From Ylistrum balloti (taxonomy: Eukaryota), in NCBI RefSeq assembly GCF_031769215.1, contig NW_026781917.1, positions 2,294,001 to 2,358,000 of the forward strand: a stretch of 64,000 bases of DNA. Reading direction: 5' to 3'. Positions 42,301 to 54,300 of the stretch are shown here, one piece after another (within the stretch, counting starts at the first letter, position 1; each line of letters opens with the position of its first letter). The notes under the pieces were generated by a model. The model was not told the DNA's origin. It did no database searches and was given only the letters and a program-made list of their open reading frames with translations. The position numbers were made by a program, and so were the translations under genes.

Positions 42301-45300
42301 TTGAACTGTACAGACAGGATGCAGTATTTTTTTTTCTTTCTTGTTTTTTCAAAAGAATTTAACCAAAATTTGATTATGAAATTTTGGCAGTTTTCTTTTT
42401 ACAAGTGAAATATTTTTTCATAAAAATGGTAAGGATTGATACAATACAGGGGATAAATCAATGCTGGTCAGTCAACCATTTTGATCTACCATGACAGTAA
42501 TGATTTGGTGTTGCAGGATGCAAATTTTTCAACTTCTCTGGAGCTGGCTGTTCGGTTTGGTAAAACCCTCATCATACAGGAGGTAGATGGAGTGGAGCCT
42601 GTACTATACCCATTGCTGAGAGGCGATCTCATGGCTCAGGGTAGGTAATTCTAGAAGTGATCTTGTAACCCCCGGTAGGTAACTCTACATCCAACTCTTC
42701 TCCAGATTTTGTGAATTTTTATTGGGTTGGGGTAAGTAATTCTTTCCAATACTGAGAATGACTCCATAGTTCAGGTAACTTTATCTCTATACTAAAGAGA
42801 GTTCTCATCAAAGATGTGCAACTCATATTCTTTAACATTCAGTTTAGGATTAGTCCAGTCTTAAATGTAAAAGAACTGCGCAGTTTTATTACCCTTCAGA
42901 ATGTTTAATTTATCTTTTTGTGACTTTAGGACCAAGGTACGTTGTCCAGATCGGAGAAAAGACAATTGATTACAATGAAGAATTCAGACTTTTCCTTACA
43001 ACACGTAATCCTTCCCCGGAGATTCCCCCAGATGCATTCTCCATCATCACAGAAGTGAACTTCACTACCACCAGGGCTGGCCTCACAGGACAGGTTAGTT
43101 GTTTTACCTGTGCTTCATATTTTGTATTTTACCTTCATTTACCTGCTGTGTTATAGAACATGATAAAAAGAAAATTTTATATCAAATAATTATGCTTTTG
43201 GTCTGTTATGCAAATATTTTTGGGACTCAGATATTTGAGTCCTAGACTCATACTTTTCCTGTGAGACTCAAATTTTTTAGAACTGACTATATCTCTTATT
43301 AATTTGACTCATCAAAATTTTCGAAATTATGCTCCAAATCTTATAAAATTAGTGTTTATGTCTAAGTGTTGACAATTTCAATTTGACCTTTTTGTTGACC
43401 TTTCATTTGATTCTTAATGTCCACCATTCCTCTCTTGTCCTATTAAATTCTATGTTCACTGATAATCATAACCTTTTTGCTTACAATTCTGATGTCAGTT
43501 TTGACCTCGTGTTTTTATAGCTGCTGGCCAACACCATTCAGAATGAAAAACCTGAATTAGAAGTGAGGAAAACAGAATTACTGAAGACTGAGGAGGATCT
43601 CAAAATACAACTGGCCAAACTAGAGGAGTCACTTTTAGAGGTAAGGATCTGATGATGGGCGGGGCTTATGTGAAGAGGAGGATTCACTACTGGAAGTCAG
43701 GGGTTAATGACAAAGGGCGGAGTCACTGCTTGAGATTAGGGGTTGGGCTGATATAAAGAGGAGAGTCACTAATGGAGGTTAGGGGTTGGGCTGATGTAAA
43801 GGGGAGAGTCACTAATGGAGGTTAGGGGTGGGGCTGATGTAAAGGGGAGAGTCACTAATGGAGGTTAGGGGTTGGGCTGATGTAAAGGGGAGAGTTACTA
43901 ATGGAGGTTAGGGGTTGGGCTGATGTAAAGGGGAGAGTCACTAATGGAGGTAAGGGGTTGGGCTGATGTAAAGGGGAGAGTCACTAATGGAGGTTAGGGG
44001 TGGGGCTGATGTAAAGGGGAGGCATCACTATTGGAGGTTAGGGGTTGGGCTGATGTAAAGGGGAGGCATCACTATTGGAGGTTAGTGGTGGGGCTAATGT
44101 ATAGAGATGAATCATTCCTGGAGGTAAGGGGTGGGGCTAATGTATAGAGGTGAATCATTACTGGAGGTTAGGGGTGGGGCTAATGTAAAGGGGAGAGTCA
44201 CTAGTTGAGACTAGGGGTGGGGCTAATGTAAAGGGGAGTGTCACTAATGGAGGTTAGGGGTTGGGCTGATGTAAAGGGGAGAGTCACTAATGGAGGTTAG
44301 GGGTTGGGCTGATGTAAAGGGGAGAGTCACTAATGGAGGGTAGGGGTGGGGCTGATGTAAAGAGGAGAGTCACTAATGGAGGTTAGGGGTTGGGCTGATG
44401 TAAAGGGGAGGCATCACTATTGGAGGTTAGTGGTGGGGCTAATGTATAGAGGTGAATCATTACTGGAGGTTAGGGGTGGGGATAATGTAAAGGGAAGAGT
44501 TACTAGTTGAGACTAGGGGTGAGGCTAATGTAAAGGGGAGGAGTCACTTCTGACTGGGCAAATGTAAAAATGAGAGTCACTACTGGAGGTTAGGGGTAGG
44601 GCTAATGTGCAGAGGTGAATCACTACTGGAGGTTAGGTGTACAGCTAATGTAAAGAGTCACTACTTGTGGTCTATGACAATCTGTTTTATGGAACTTTTG
44701 TCTTCTGGAACACCTTAAGCCCATAATAGTGGATGTAACACCTGTTAAATGAAATAGATAATTATATAATCTGTAGTCAGAAGTGGGTTAATGTAAAGTG
44801 AAGTTAGGGTAGGGATTAATATTATTATAATAATGAGTAGTTATTTCTATAAGTGGGGAAGGAGTCAAGCGAAAGGCTTAAAGGGGAGGGCCACTACTGG
44901 AAGCTGAGGATTAAGGCAGGGATAATTTAGGAAACTGAGAGTCTTGATTTGGGAATAGTATTATACTTGCTAAAGATGATTTGAAACTTGCTTTAAAATT
45001 CTTTACTTGCTGTTAACCTTTACAGGAGCTGGCAAATGCCAAGGGTAACATCCTTGAGAACAAGGAACTGTTGGATTCTCTGAACAAGACTAAGGCCAGC
45101 AGTATAACCATCACAGACTCCCTCACCGAGTCAGTGAGACTCCAGGCCTCCCTTGACCAGGTCAGTATATAACTATCATTAAAACTATCATAGACTCCCT
45201 CACTGAGTCAGTGAGTCAGTGAGACTCCTCATATCCCTCGTTCAAGTCAGTATATAGCCATCACCAAGTCAGTGAGACTGCACCCCTCCCTCTACCAGAT

Positions 45301-48300
45301 CACTTGGTTTAAAACTAATTAGGATTTCTGGATACACTTGCTTTCCAAGTTATAATCTGATTTTTGATATTGCTAGATGATGTCAATTTTGATCAATGGA
45401 ATTAATTGGCATTGTCATTTTCATCGTTAGTTTATAAGAAAAACAAATTCTGGAAGATGATATTTCTTTAGATAACAGTTTATTTGAATTATGAAATAAA
45501 ATGCAAATCTTTAATTCACATTTGGAATCCCATGCATATTACAAAGTGATCTTTGATTGTGAAATACTCATGATCATCATCTATTGTTCGTCAGCTTTTT
45601 AGTATGTTAAATTGTATTTTGTACAAGGCTCATGTTTGATAATTTCATTTTCTGTTGAGTACAGGAGAGAAATACTTACCTACCATTGGCAGAAAAAGGC
45701 AGCACATTATACTTTGTTATTAGTGACCTTGCCAAGATCAACAACATGTACCGCTTCAGTCTGGCAGCATTTCTGCGACTCTTTGCTCGAGCACTCAGCT
45801 CAAAACAGGTAAGTCATATATTACAATCATTTAATCTCTGAATAACTTTTGTTAAAAGTTTTACATTAGTATTAAATCAGAAGAAAGGATGAAAATTTCC
45901 CTGCAAATTTACCTTAACATTTTTACATGTATTTTGGTTTGTATTTATTTAGGATGGAAGTGGTACAGATCATCGTATTCAGAAACTGGGTCAGCGATTG
46001 CAACAACTTGTGTATGAATATGTGTGTCGTTCCATCTTCAAGACTGACCGTCTCATGTTTGCCTTGCATATGGTTCATGGAATGAGACCTGACCTCTTCC
46101 AGGAAAATGTAAGCAATAAAGTGTACAAATGTAATTACTTGGTTAGGAAAACTTTTCTATGATGTATCCTTTCATCAGAGGAAGGATTTATGAATGAAAT
46201 GCTTTTGTAATACCCAAACATAATATGGCTGAAATTAAGGGTTCCTTCATGGTCCCCATAACAAAGTTTATTGTATGAAACTCTTTCTGGTCTTTTTCTG
46301 TATTAGCAATTTTAATTCTATTAAATTCTAATTTCAAAAATTAGATTTATGATAAAATTACCCACAAATTTAAGACTTCTGTGTCATTCTAGATTGGACA
46401 TTATGTCCTTGAAGAAGATCTTTTGATTTATGATATCTATATGCCGTTACATGTATATAGATTGGAAGATATTCGTTAATTTTTACACATAATATTCATT
46501 TTGAGTGGTTGGGATGAAAAAAATGCCAGTGGATTCCCAAATAAATATATTTCAGGTCTTCTGGTAATTCTAGTAAATATATGGAATTTACACAAAATTG
46601 CGGTGTACAGATGTGTTTATCTGAAAGTCCAGGGAAAGCATTCTATATATCCCTGTGGTACAGCTGTTTATATCCATTACTTATGATACCAAATTGATCA
46701 GCTTGCCTTAAGGAATCTCGGAACAAAAATAATTTGAGTTATGATAAAAACTAAAATGTGAAGATTGTTTTAACAACTCTTGATATAAAAAAATACTGTA
46801 AATCACTCAGATTTCATTAATTCTTTATTTTGCAAACTTTCCTCTGCAGACAAATTTGCAATTTTGTGAATGCTGATCTAAAAATGACTTTAAATTCCTA
46901 AATGATGAGTTATTAGAGACCGCGACTCTTAAAGAGTCCGGTATCAGGAACCAAATTAATATGCATGCCATTCAGAGTTATTTTTTGTACAAATAATTGC
47001 AAGTGATTTGAATTTGTAAATGACCCTCTTCATGTATTAAAGCGAAAATAATTCCCACATGAAATATATATGATTAACAGCACATTCTTTGTAAACAACA
47101 AAATTCTGTGTAAAGCAACGATTGTTTTTGTTTCAATAGGAATGGGAGCTGTTCACCGGGATGCTGGTGGGTGAATCTGATTCTCAGCGAGGACCAAGCT
47201 GGGTGGACCCAGAGCGTATGGCCGCAATGGCCAGTCTTAAGGTTGGTCATCCACTCTTACTGACCACTGTAAATTATGACTCAAAAATGTTTACTTTAGG
47301 TTTCATCTCATTTTATCTCTTCCACTGTAAATTATGACTCAAAAAAATGTGATTAAGTAAATCATGATTTTCAAATGTACTGTATACTTCTAATGTATTA
47401 CAGAAAAAACCAGCTGGAAACTGTAGTTAAAAAGAAAAAGATAAATACCCAGGGTGATAAAAATACATTATCATTGTATTGGATATTTATCACAGTAAAC
47501 TACCACTTTATCTTGTCAAATAAAAAAAAGAATTAGAAAGTTTAGAAAAATCACATGTTTACTTTAGGTTTCATCTCATTTTTATTTCTTCCACTGCAGT
47601 CCAATTTACCCAAACTGTATCAGCAGTTCAACTTTGATGATTCATCCATGTGGTCAAGTTTTTCCCGGAGCAGCGAGTGTGAGACAGAGTTTCCATCAGT
47701 GATCGAGAAAAAGACCACTCTGTTCCAACAGCTGTTAACTGTACAGACCATCAGGCCAGACCGACTTCAGACGGCCATGGGATTATTTGCCTGTAAAGCT
47801 CTTGGTAAGTAACAACTTCCCTGGTGATGTTTTGGCAAATCACATCCCCTTTCCATTCTGTCCTGTCTCATCCTGGTATGTAGAGATTATGCTTATAATG
47901 CTTAGTGATAGGTATTTTCTAACTTGCATATTCAAGTTATAACATCTTTGTGAGGTATTTATATGGCCATTTTAGTGACACTGCCATTTTAAAGGTTATG
48001 CTGTCACTTATGTCTGTCCTCCCATCCCAGTCTGTCCCATTCTGTCATGTCAGGAATCACCATCATCAGTCAGTCTACTTTAGGATTTTTCAATGATTGT
48101 TGGAGATTTGATTTACTTTGCTAATCATTAACTGATAATTTATATCTTGTTTTCCTCAATAAAAATCTTGCCTATCCAGGTGATTAAAGAACATTAAAGT
48201 TTCTACGATCTTATACTGGAATATAAATGAGCTACGGAAATTAATGTTTAATCTTGTATATAGACATGAAGGAACTATCTTCACCATCGGTAAATCTGAA

Positions 48301-51300
48301 GAAGCTGTTTGAGACAGAAACAATGGCTGAGGAACCCATCCTTATAGTAATCTCCCCTGGGGCTGATCCTTCACAGGAGCTTCAGGAGCTGGCAGCAGAG
48401 GTGATCGGCCATGAAAAGTATCACCAGGTATGTTAAACCTATTTACTGTCCCAACATGTATTTCATCAAAATTTGTCTAGCAAAATTTTTATCAACAATA
48501 GCATTTTATGTATTAAATAAGTTAACTGGAATCCAAGAAGTTCTAGTTCTGAACATAAAGAATAATTTTGTTACCTGAAAGTGACAGATTTCTCTTTTTC
48601 CTTCAGTAAATGAAAAAAAAGTTATTGTAACTTGTTTGAGATTTAGATGATATTATATTAAGATGCTAGTTTAATTAGTTGAACAAATGTTTTTCCCTTT
48701 CGATGCCAGACATTGAAACACTAGCATTCAAACTCTGTTCTAGTAATGGAAAAAGAACTAAGGCAGTGTCATATGATATGGTTAAATGAATTAATTTGCT
48801 TCATTATCCTATTCTAAATTTGTAGCCTAAGCTGTGTGGTTTGATAAAATTTTTAGGATGAAATTTTTCTTAAAAATGTTGGAATTGTAGCATAAAGTGA
48901 AAATCATGAATTCTATGTAGGTCGCCATGGGTCAAGGTCAAGCAGACATTGCCATGCAGTTACTGCGGGACTGTTCTCAGAATGGCGAGTGGTTGTGTCT
49001 CAAGAATCTCCATCTGGTGACAGCCTGGTTGCCACAGCTGGAAAAGGTAGGTAACTCTAGATATGATTAACAATGTCTCGGATTATGATACACTAATATC
49101 ATGGCTTGTGTATAGGAGTTGTGATGGGTTAATCGTGATGAATATGTATGGAAATGGACAGGGATGTACTCAAAATATTACTATGTACCGGGAAATTTTC
49201 AGCCCCTTTTATTTTTGTTTTTTCTCCATGAATAGGCAGGGCAAATTTAAGATGGAAGCAAAAATTTGTTTCACTAATGTTACCATTTATACAATCCTCA
49301 GAGGGTGAAATGTACCCATTTATATAATCCTCAGAGGGTGAAATGTACCCATTTGTATAATCGTCACAGGGTGAAATGTACCCATTTATATAATCCTCAC
49401 AGGGTGAAATGTACCCATTTATATAATCCTCAGAGGGTGAAATGTACCCATTTATATAATCCTCAGAGGGTGAAATGAACCCATTTATATAATCCTCAGA
49501 GGGTGAAATGTACCCATTTGTATAATTGTCACAGGGTGAAATGTACCCATTTGTATAATTGTCACAGGGTGAAATGAACCCATTTATATAATCCTCAGAG
49601 GGTGAAATATACCCATTTGAAATATACCCATTTGTATAATTGTCACAGGGTGAAATGAACCCATTTATATAATCCTCAGAGGGTGAAATATACCCATTTG
49701 TATAATCCTCAGAGGGTGAAATATACCCATTTGTATAATCCTCAGAGGGTGAAATATACCCATTTGTATAATCGTCACAGGGTGAAATATACCAATTTGT
49801 ATAATTGTCACAGGGTGAAATGAACCCATTTATATAATCCTCAGAGGGTGAAATGTACCCATTTATATAATCCTCAGAGGGTGAAATATACCCATTTATA
49901 TAATCCTCGGAGGGTGAAATATACCCATTTGAAATATACCCATTTATATAATCCTCAGAGGGTGAAATATACCCATTTGTATAATCCTCAGAGGGTGAAA
50001 TATACCCATTTGTATAATCCTCAGAGGGTGAAATATACCCATTTGTATAATCCTCAGAGGGTGAAATATACCCATTTGTATAATCCTCAGAGGGTGAAAT
50101 GTACCCATTTATATAATCCTCAGAGGGTGAAATGTACCCATTTATATAATCCTCAGAGGGTGAAATGTACCCATTTATATAATCCTCAGAGGGTGAAATG
50201 TACCCATTTATATAATCCTCAGAGGGTGAAATATACCCATTTGTATAATCCTCAGAGGGTGAAATATACCCATTTGTATAATCCTCAGAGGGTGAAATAT
50301 ACCCATTTGTATAATCCTCAGAGGGTGAAATGTACCCATTTATATAATCCTCAGAGGGTGAAATATACCCATTTATATAATCCTCAGAGGGTGAAATATA
50401 CCCATTTGTATAATCCTCAGAGGGTGAAATATACCCATTTGTATAATCCTCAGAGGGTGAAATAAACAAGCAGTTCATGTACAGTGATGAAAATATCTTG
50501 ATATACAGTGAACTTTTTTCTTGGATCATACATCTGTTAAGACTGATTATCAAACCTTCGATGTATCACCAAATTCAGTTGCTGCCCTCCCCTAAACAGT
50601 TCTATGTGTGGAATAGCCTCCAGTAATTATATATGCGAGTCCCCAGACTCAGGATGTTCATTTACAGTTGTTGTATAGTAGCCTCCAGTAATTATATATG
50701 TGAGTCCCCAGACACAAGATGTTCATTTACAGTTCTTGTATAGTAGCCTCCAGTAATTATATATGTGAGTCCCCAGTCACAGGATGTTCATTTACAGTTG
50801 TTGTATAGTAGCCTCCAGTAATTATATATGTGAGTCCCCAGACTCAGGATGTTCATTTACAGTTGTTGTATAGTAGCCTCCAGTAATTATATATGTGAGT
50901 CCCCAGACACAGGATGTTCATTTACAGTTGTTGTATAGTAGCCTCCAGTAATTATATATGTGAGTCCCCAGACACAGGATGTTCATTTACAGTTCTTGTA
51001 TAGTAGCCTCCAGTAATTATATATGTGAGTCCCCAGTCACAGGATGTTCATTTACAGTTCTTGTATAGTAGCCTCCAGTAATTATATATGTGAGTCCCCA
51101 GACACAGGATGTACATTTACAGTTCTTGTATAGTAGCCTCCAGTAATTATATATGTGAGTCCCCAGTCACAGGATGTTCATTTACAGTTCTTGTATAGTA
51201 GCCTCCAGTAATTATATATGTGAGTCCCCAGACACAGGATGTACATTTACAGTTCTTGTATAGTAGCCTCCAGTAATTATATATGTGAGTCCCCAGTCAC

Positions 51301-54300
51301 AGGATGTTCATTTACAGTTGTTGTATAGTAGCCTCCAGTAATTATATATGTGAGTCCCCAGACACAGGATGTACATTTACAGTTCTTGTATAGTAGCCTC
51401 CAGTAATTATATATGTGAGTCCCCAGTCACAGGATGTTCATTTACAGTTCTTGTATAGTAGCCTCCAGTAATTATATATGTGAGTCCCCAGACACAGGAT
51501 GTACATTTACAGTTGTTGGGGTTGCTGTTACCATTTCTATGTGAGACTGACTTTCATATCTGACTTAAGTTTCACTAGCATTCCTTAATTAAAGATTTAG
51601 TATATAAAAATTATGACAAGTTTTTTTTAAAACAGAACATTTTCCTCTTGACAACATCGATATTACGATATAATTGATGTAAACATGCTGGTAGTTTTGG
51701 AAAGAATGCCTTTAATTGATTAATGTTCATGTATCCAAGACCTTTGGAATAATAACTATGTTTATTCTACCATTTTCATCAAGATTTGTGCAGTACTTTT
51801 ATAATTAGTCTAACTTGGTAATTAGTTTAGTTCACTGACTGATAGATACAAACATTTTAAGGACGAGATTTTGTCGTTTGTCTTAAGGAGGCAGAGTTTT
51901 TTATTTTACTTTATACTTTATTTCTACTTGTCTGTAGGAGATTAACACGCTGAAGCCTCATGCTGACTTCCGTTTGTGGATGACAGCGGAGGTTCATCCA
52001 AAGTTCCCCACCATCCTTCTACAGAGCAGCCTCAAGATCACTTACGAGGTAAATCTATCAATCACAAATATCTACACAGGCTTCTTTTGTTAAAACTTTG
52101 TAGAAATTTGTTGGAAGCACACACATTTTGTTCAGAATAATTCTTTGTCAATAGAATTTGTTAAAAAGAGTTTTAAGTGATTAAGTAATTTATCAAAGAA
52201 ATAAATTTTGATTCCTTTCTCTGATTTAAATCAAATTTCTATTTAGTTTATTAAAATGTTGCTTTCCTATTAGTGTTGGTCATTTCTTTTGCTAATAAAG
52301 AAAAATCGTCTCAAAGTTTTACAAGTTGAAAGTCATTTATGTAATTTTGTCCAGTAGGGAATGCTTAATCATTGTTTTTTTTAATTTGGTATCAGGCCCC
52401 ACCAGGTGTAAAGAGAAACTTGTACCGTTCATTCGAGACCTGGAGTCCGGAGTATTTCAGTAAGACTGGCAGTGTGATACGATCTCAGGCTATGTTTGCT
52501 TTGGCTTGGTTCCACGCCATCATGCAAGAGCGACGAGTCTTCATCCCACAGGTTTGTTATATGTATCATCTCAAGTCTTCACATACTGTTCTGTCCGAGA
52601 GTGTTACAGTGAAATTTGTGAGACCTGGCATATTAGACAGATTGGACAAGGTGTTAGCAATCACAGAATTTTTCATTTTTTTTTAAACAGATGTTTAATT
52701 CTTGTTTTCACCAGTTTTTTAAAATTCATAAAAGTTCATAAATGTGCTAAAATTTTTGTACATCAAAATGAATTTGTTCTATAGTAAATGTCTTTTATGT
52801 TTAGGGTTGGACCAAGTTCTATGAGTTTTCTCTATCAGATCTCAGGGCTGGAGCAGACATCATTGATCGACATTGTAAAGGGGGTAAGGCATTTCTTGCT
52901 TTTAAATATGAAATTTTGAACTGTTTTATACGCATCCCCATACCTATTCATGAGAAGAGACCTGAACACAATCATCCTAGAATTTAATGTAATTTTGAAA
53001 GAATTACACATCAATTCTTCAAGGTATGATTTCAGCTGCAAGATTATGAAATTTTAAAATTAAGAAAAAGATATAGAAAAATAAAAAAAGGAGGTGCTGT
53101 CTTCATGCTTATTATAAAAAAGAAATTTGATCTTGAAAACCTTGTTTAAAGATGAATCTTTTTACATCTTTGTCTTACTTACCTCAACATTCACATTAAA
53201 TTTTGTTCTCAATTCTCATCCTTGTGGTATTCCTTCTCCAGGTCAAGATGTCCAGTGGTCGTTCATCCATGGTCTTTTTGAGTTTGCAATCTATGGTGGT
53301 CGAGTGGACAATACATTTGACATGCGAGTGATGGTGTCATACCTTCGACAGTTCTTTGATGCCAACACGTTATCACCCCAGAACAGGAACAAACGGCTAG
53401 GACCAATACGTCTCCCTAATTCCACCAATATATCAGACTTCACGGCTGCAATTGCAGAGCTGCCTGAGTTTGACAACCCATCATATTTTGGTCTACCTGA
53501 CAACATTGACAGGTCAGCCCAGCGTATGGTCAGCTCACAGGTCATTTCGCAACTCAAAGTCCTCCAGCGTGCCAATGTCAAAGCCAGCAGGTTTGACAAG
53601 GAAGTTTGGGCCAATGAACTAAGCCCCATCCTCAATCTCTGGAAAACCCTTAACAAGGTAAAGAATAAGTTATGGTTATAATCCTTAACAAGGTAAAGAA
53701 TAAAGTTATGGTTATAACCTTAAACAAGGTAAAAAATGAAGTTATGGTTATAACCCTCAACAAGGTAAAGAATAAGTTATGGTAATAATTCTCAACAAGG
53801 TAAAGAATAAAGTTATGGTTATAATCCTTAACAAGGTAAAGATTAAAGTTATGGTTATAATCCTTAACAAGGTAAAGATTAAAGTTATGGTTATAATCCT
53901 TAACAAGGTAAAGAATGAAGTTATAGTTATAACACTTAATGAGGTAAAGATTAAAGTTATGGTTATAACATTAAGTTGTGGAGATGAAACTTCAGCTTTA
54001 CATAATAAAAGGCTAATAATCGAGTGACCTAGAAAAAAAAATCGGCAATAATTGTTGGCCACCCATTTTTTCCGTCAGATATTTTATGTTGGTGTGTATA
54101 ACATTTTGACTAATGTAGTATTTATAGCTGTTTAGCTTTGTAATTTAAACTGTAGGTCATCAAACTTTTTATTTCACTATATCTTGAAGGAATTCACACT
54201 TATCGTCACAGTGACCTATATTTTTCACTTCATTTACGTTTTTTGTAGTTCAACATTTAGCACTAGTTTTTTGTTGGACTTTTCTTTCCATCAAAGACAT

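Noticed and set aside
46164-46173. Perfect U12-type donor GTATCCTTTC in intron 60
   Set aside because: It lies 55 nt inside a normal GT-AG intron; using it would add an in-frame TGA, and I saw no U12 branch site (TCCTTAAC) near the acceptor. Likely chance.
49290-51515. Regular repeat arrays as CRISPR
   Set aside because: These are head-to-tail tandem units without unique spacers, there are no cas genes, and they lie in a spliceosomal intron of an animal gene.
53291-53656. Antisense ORFs over exons (e.g. 8134-8403, 30260-30472, 53291-53656 on -, and 62762-63178 on +)
   Set aside because: These are shadows of real coding exons on the opposite strand, with no independent support.
53757-54062. 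Repetitive ORFs ([12 protein letters not shown])n and ([12 protein letters not shown])n
   Set aside because: They are by-products of the 36-bp splice-donor tandem array.
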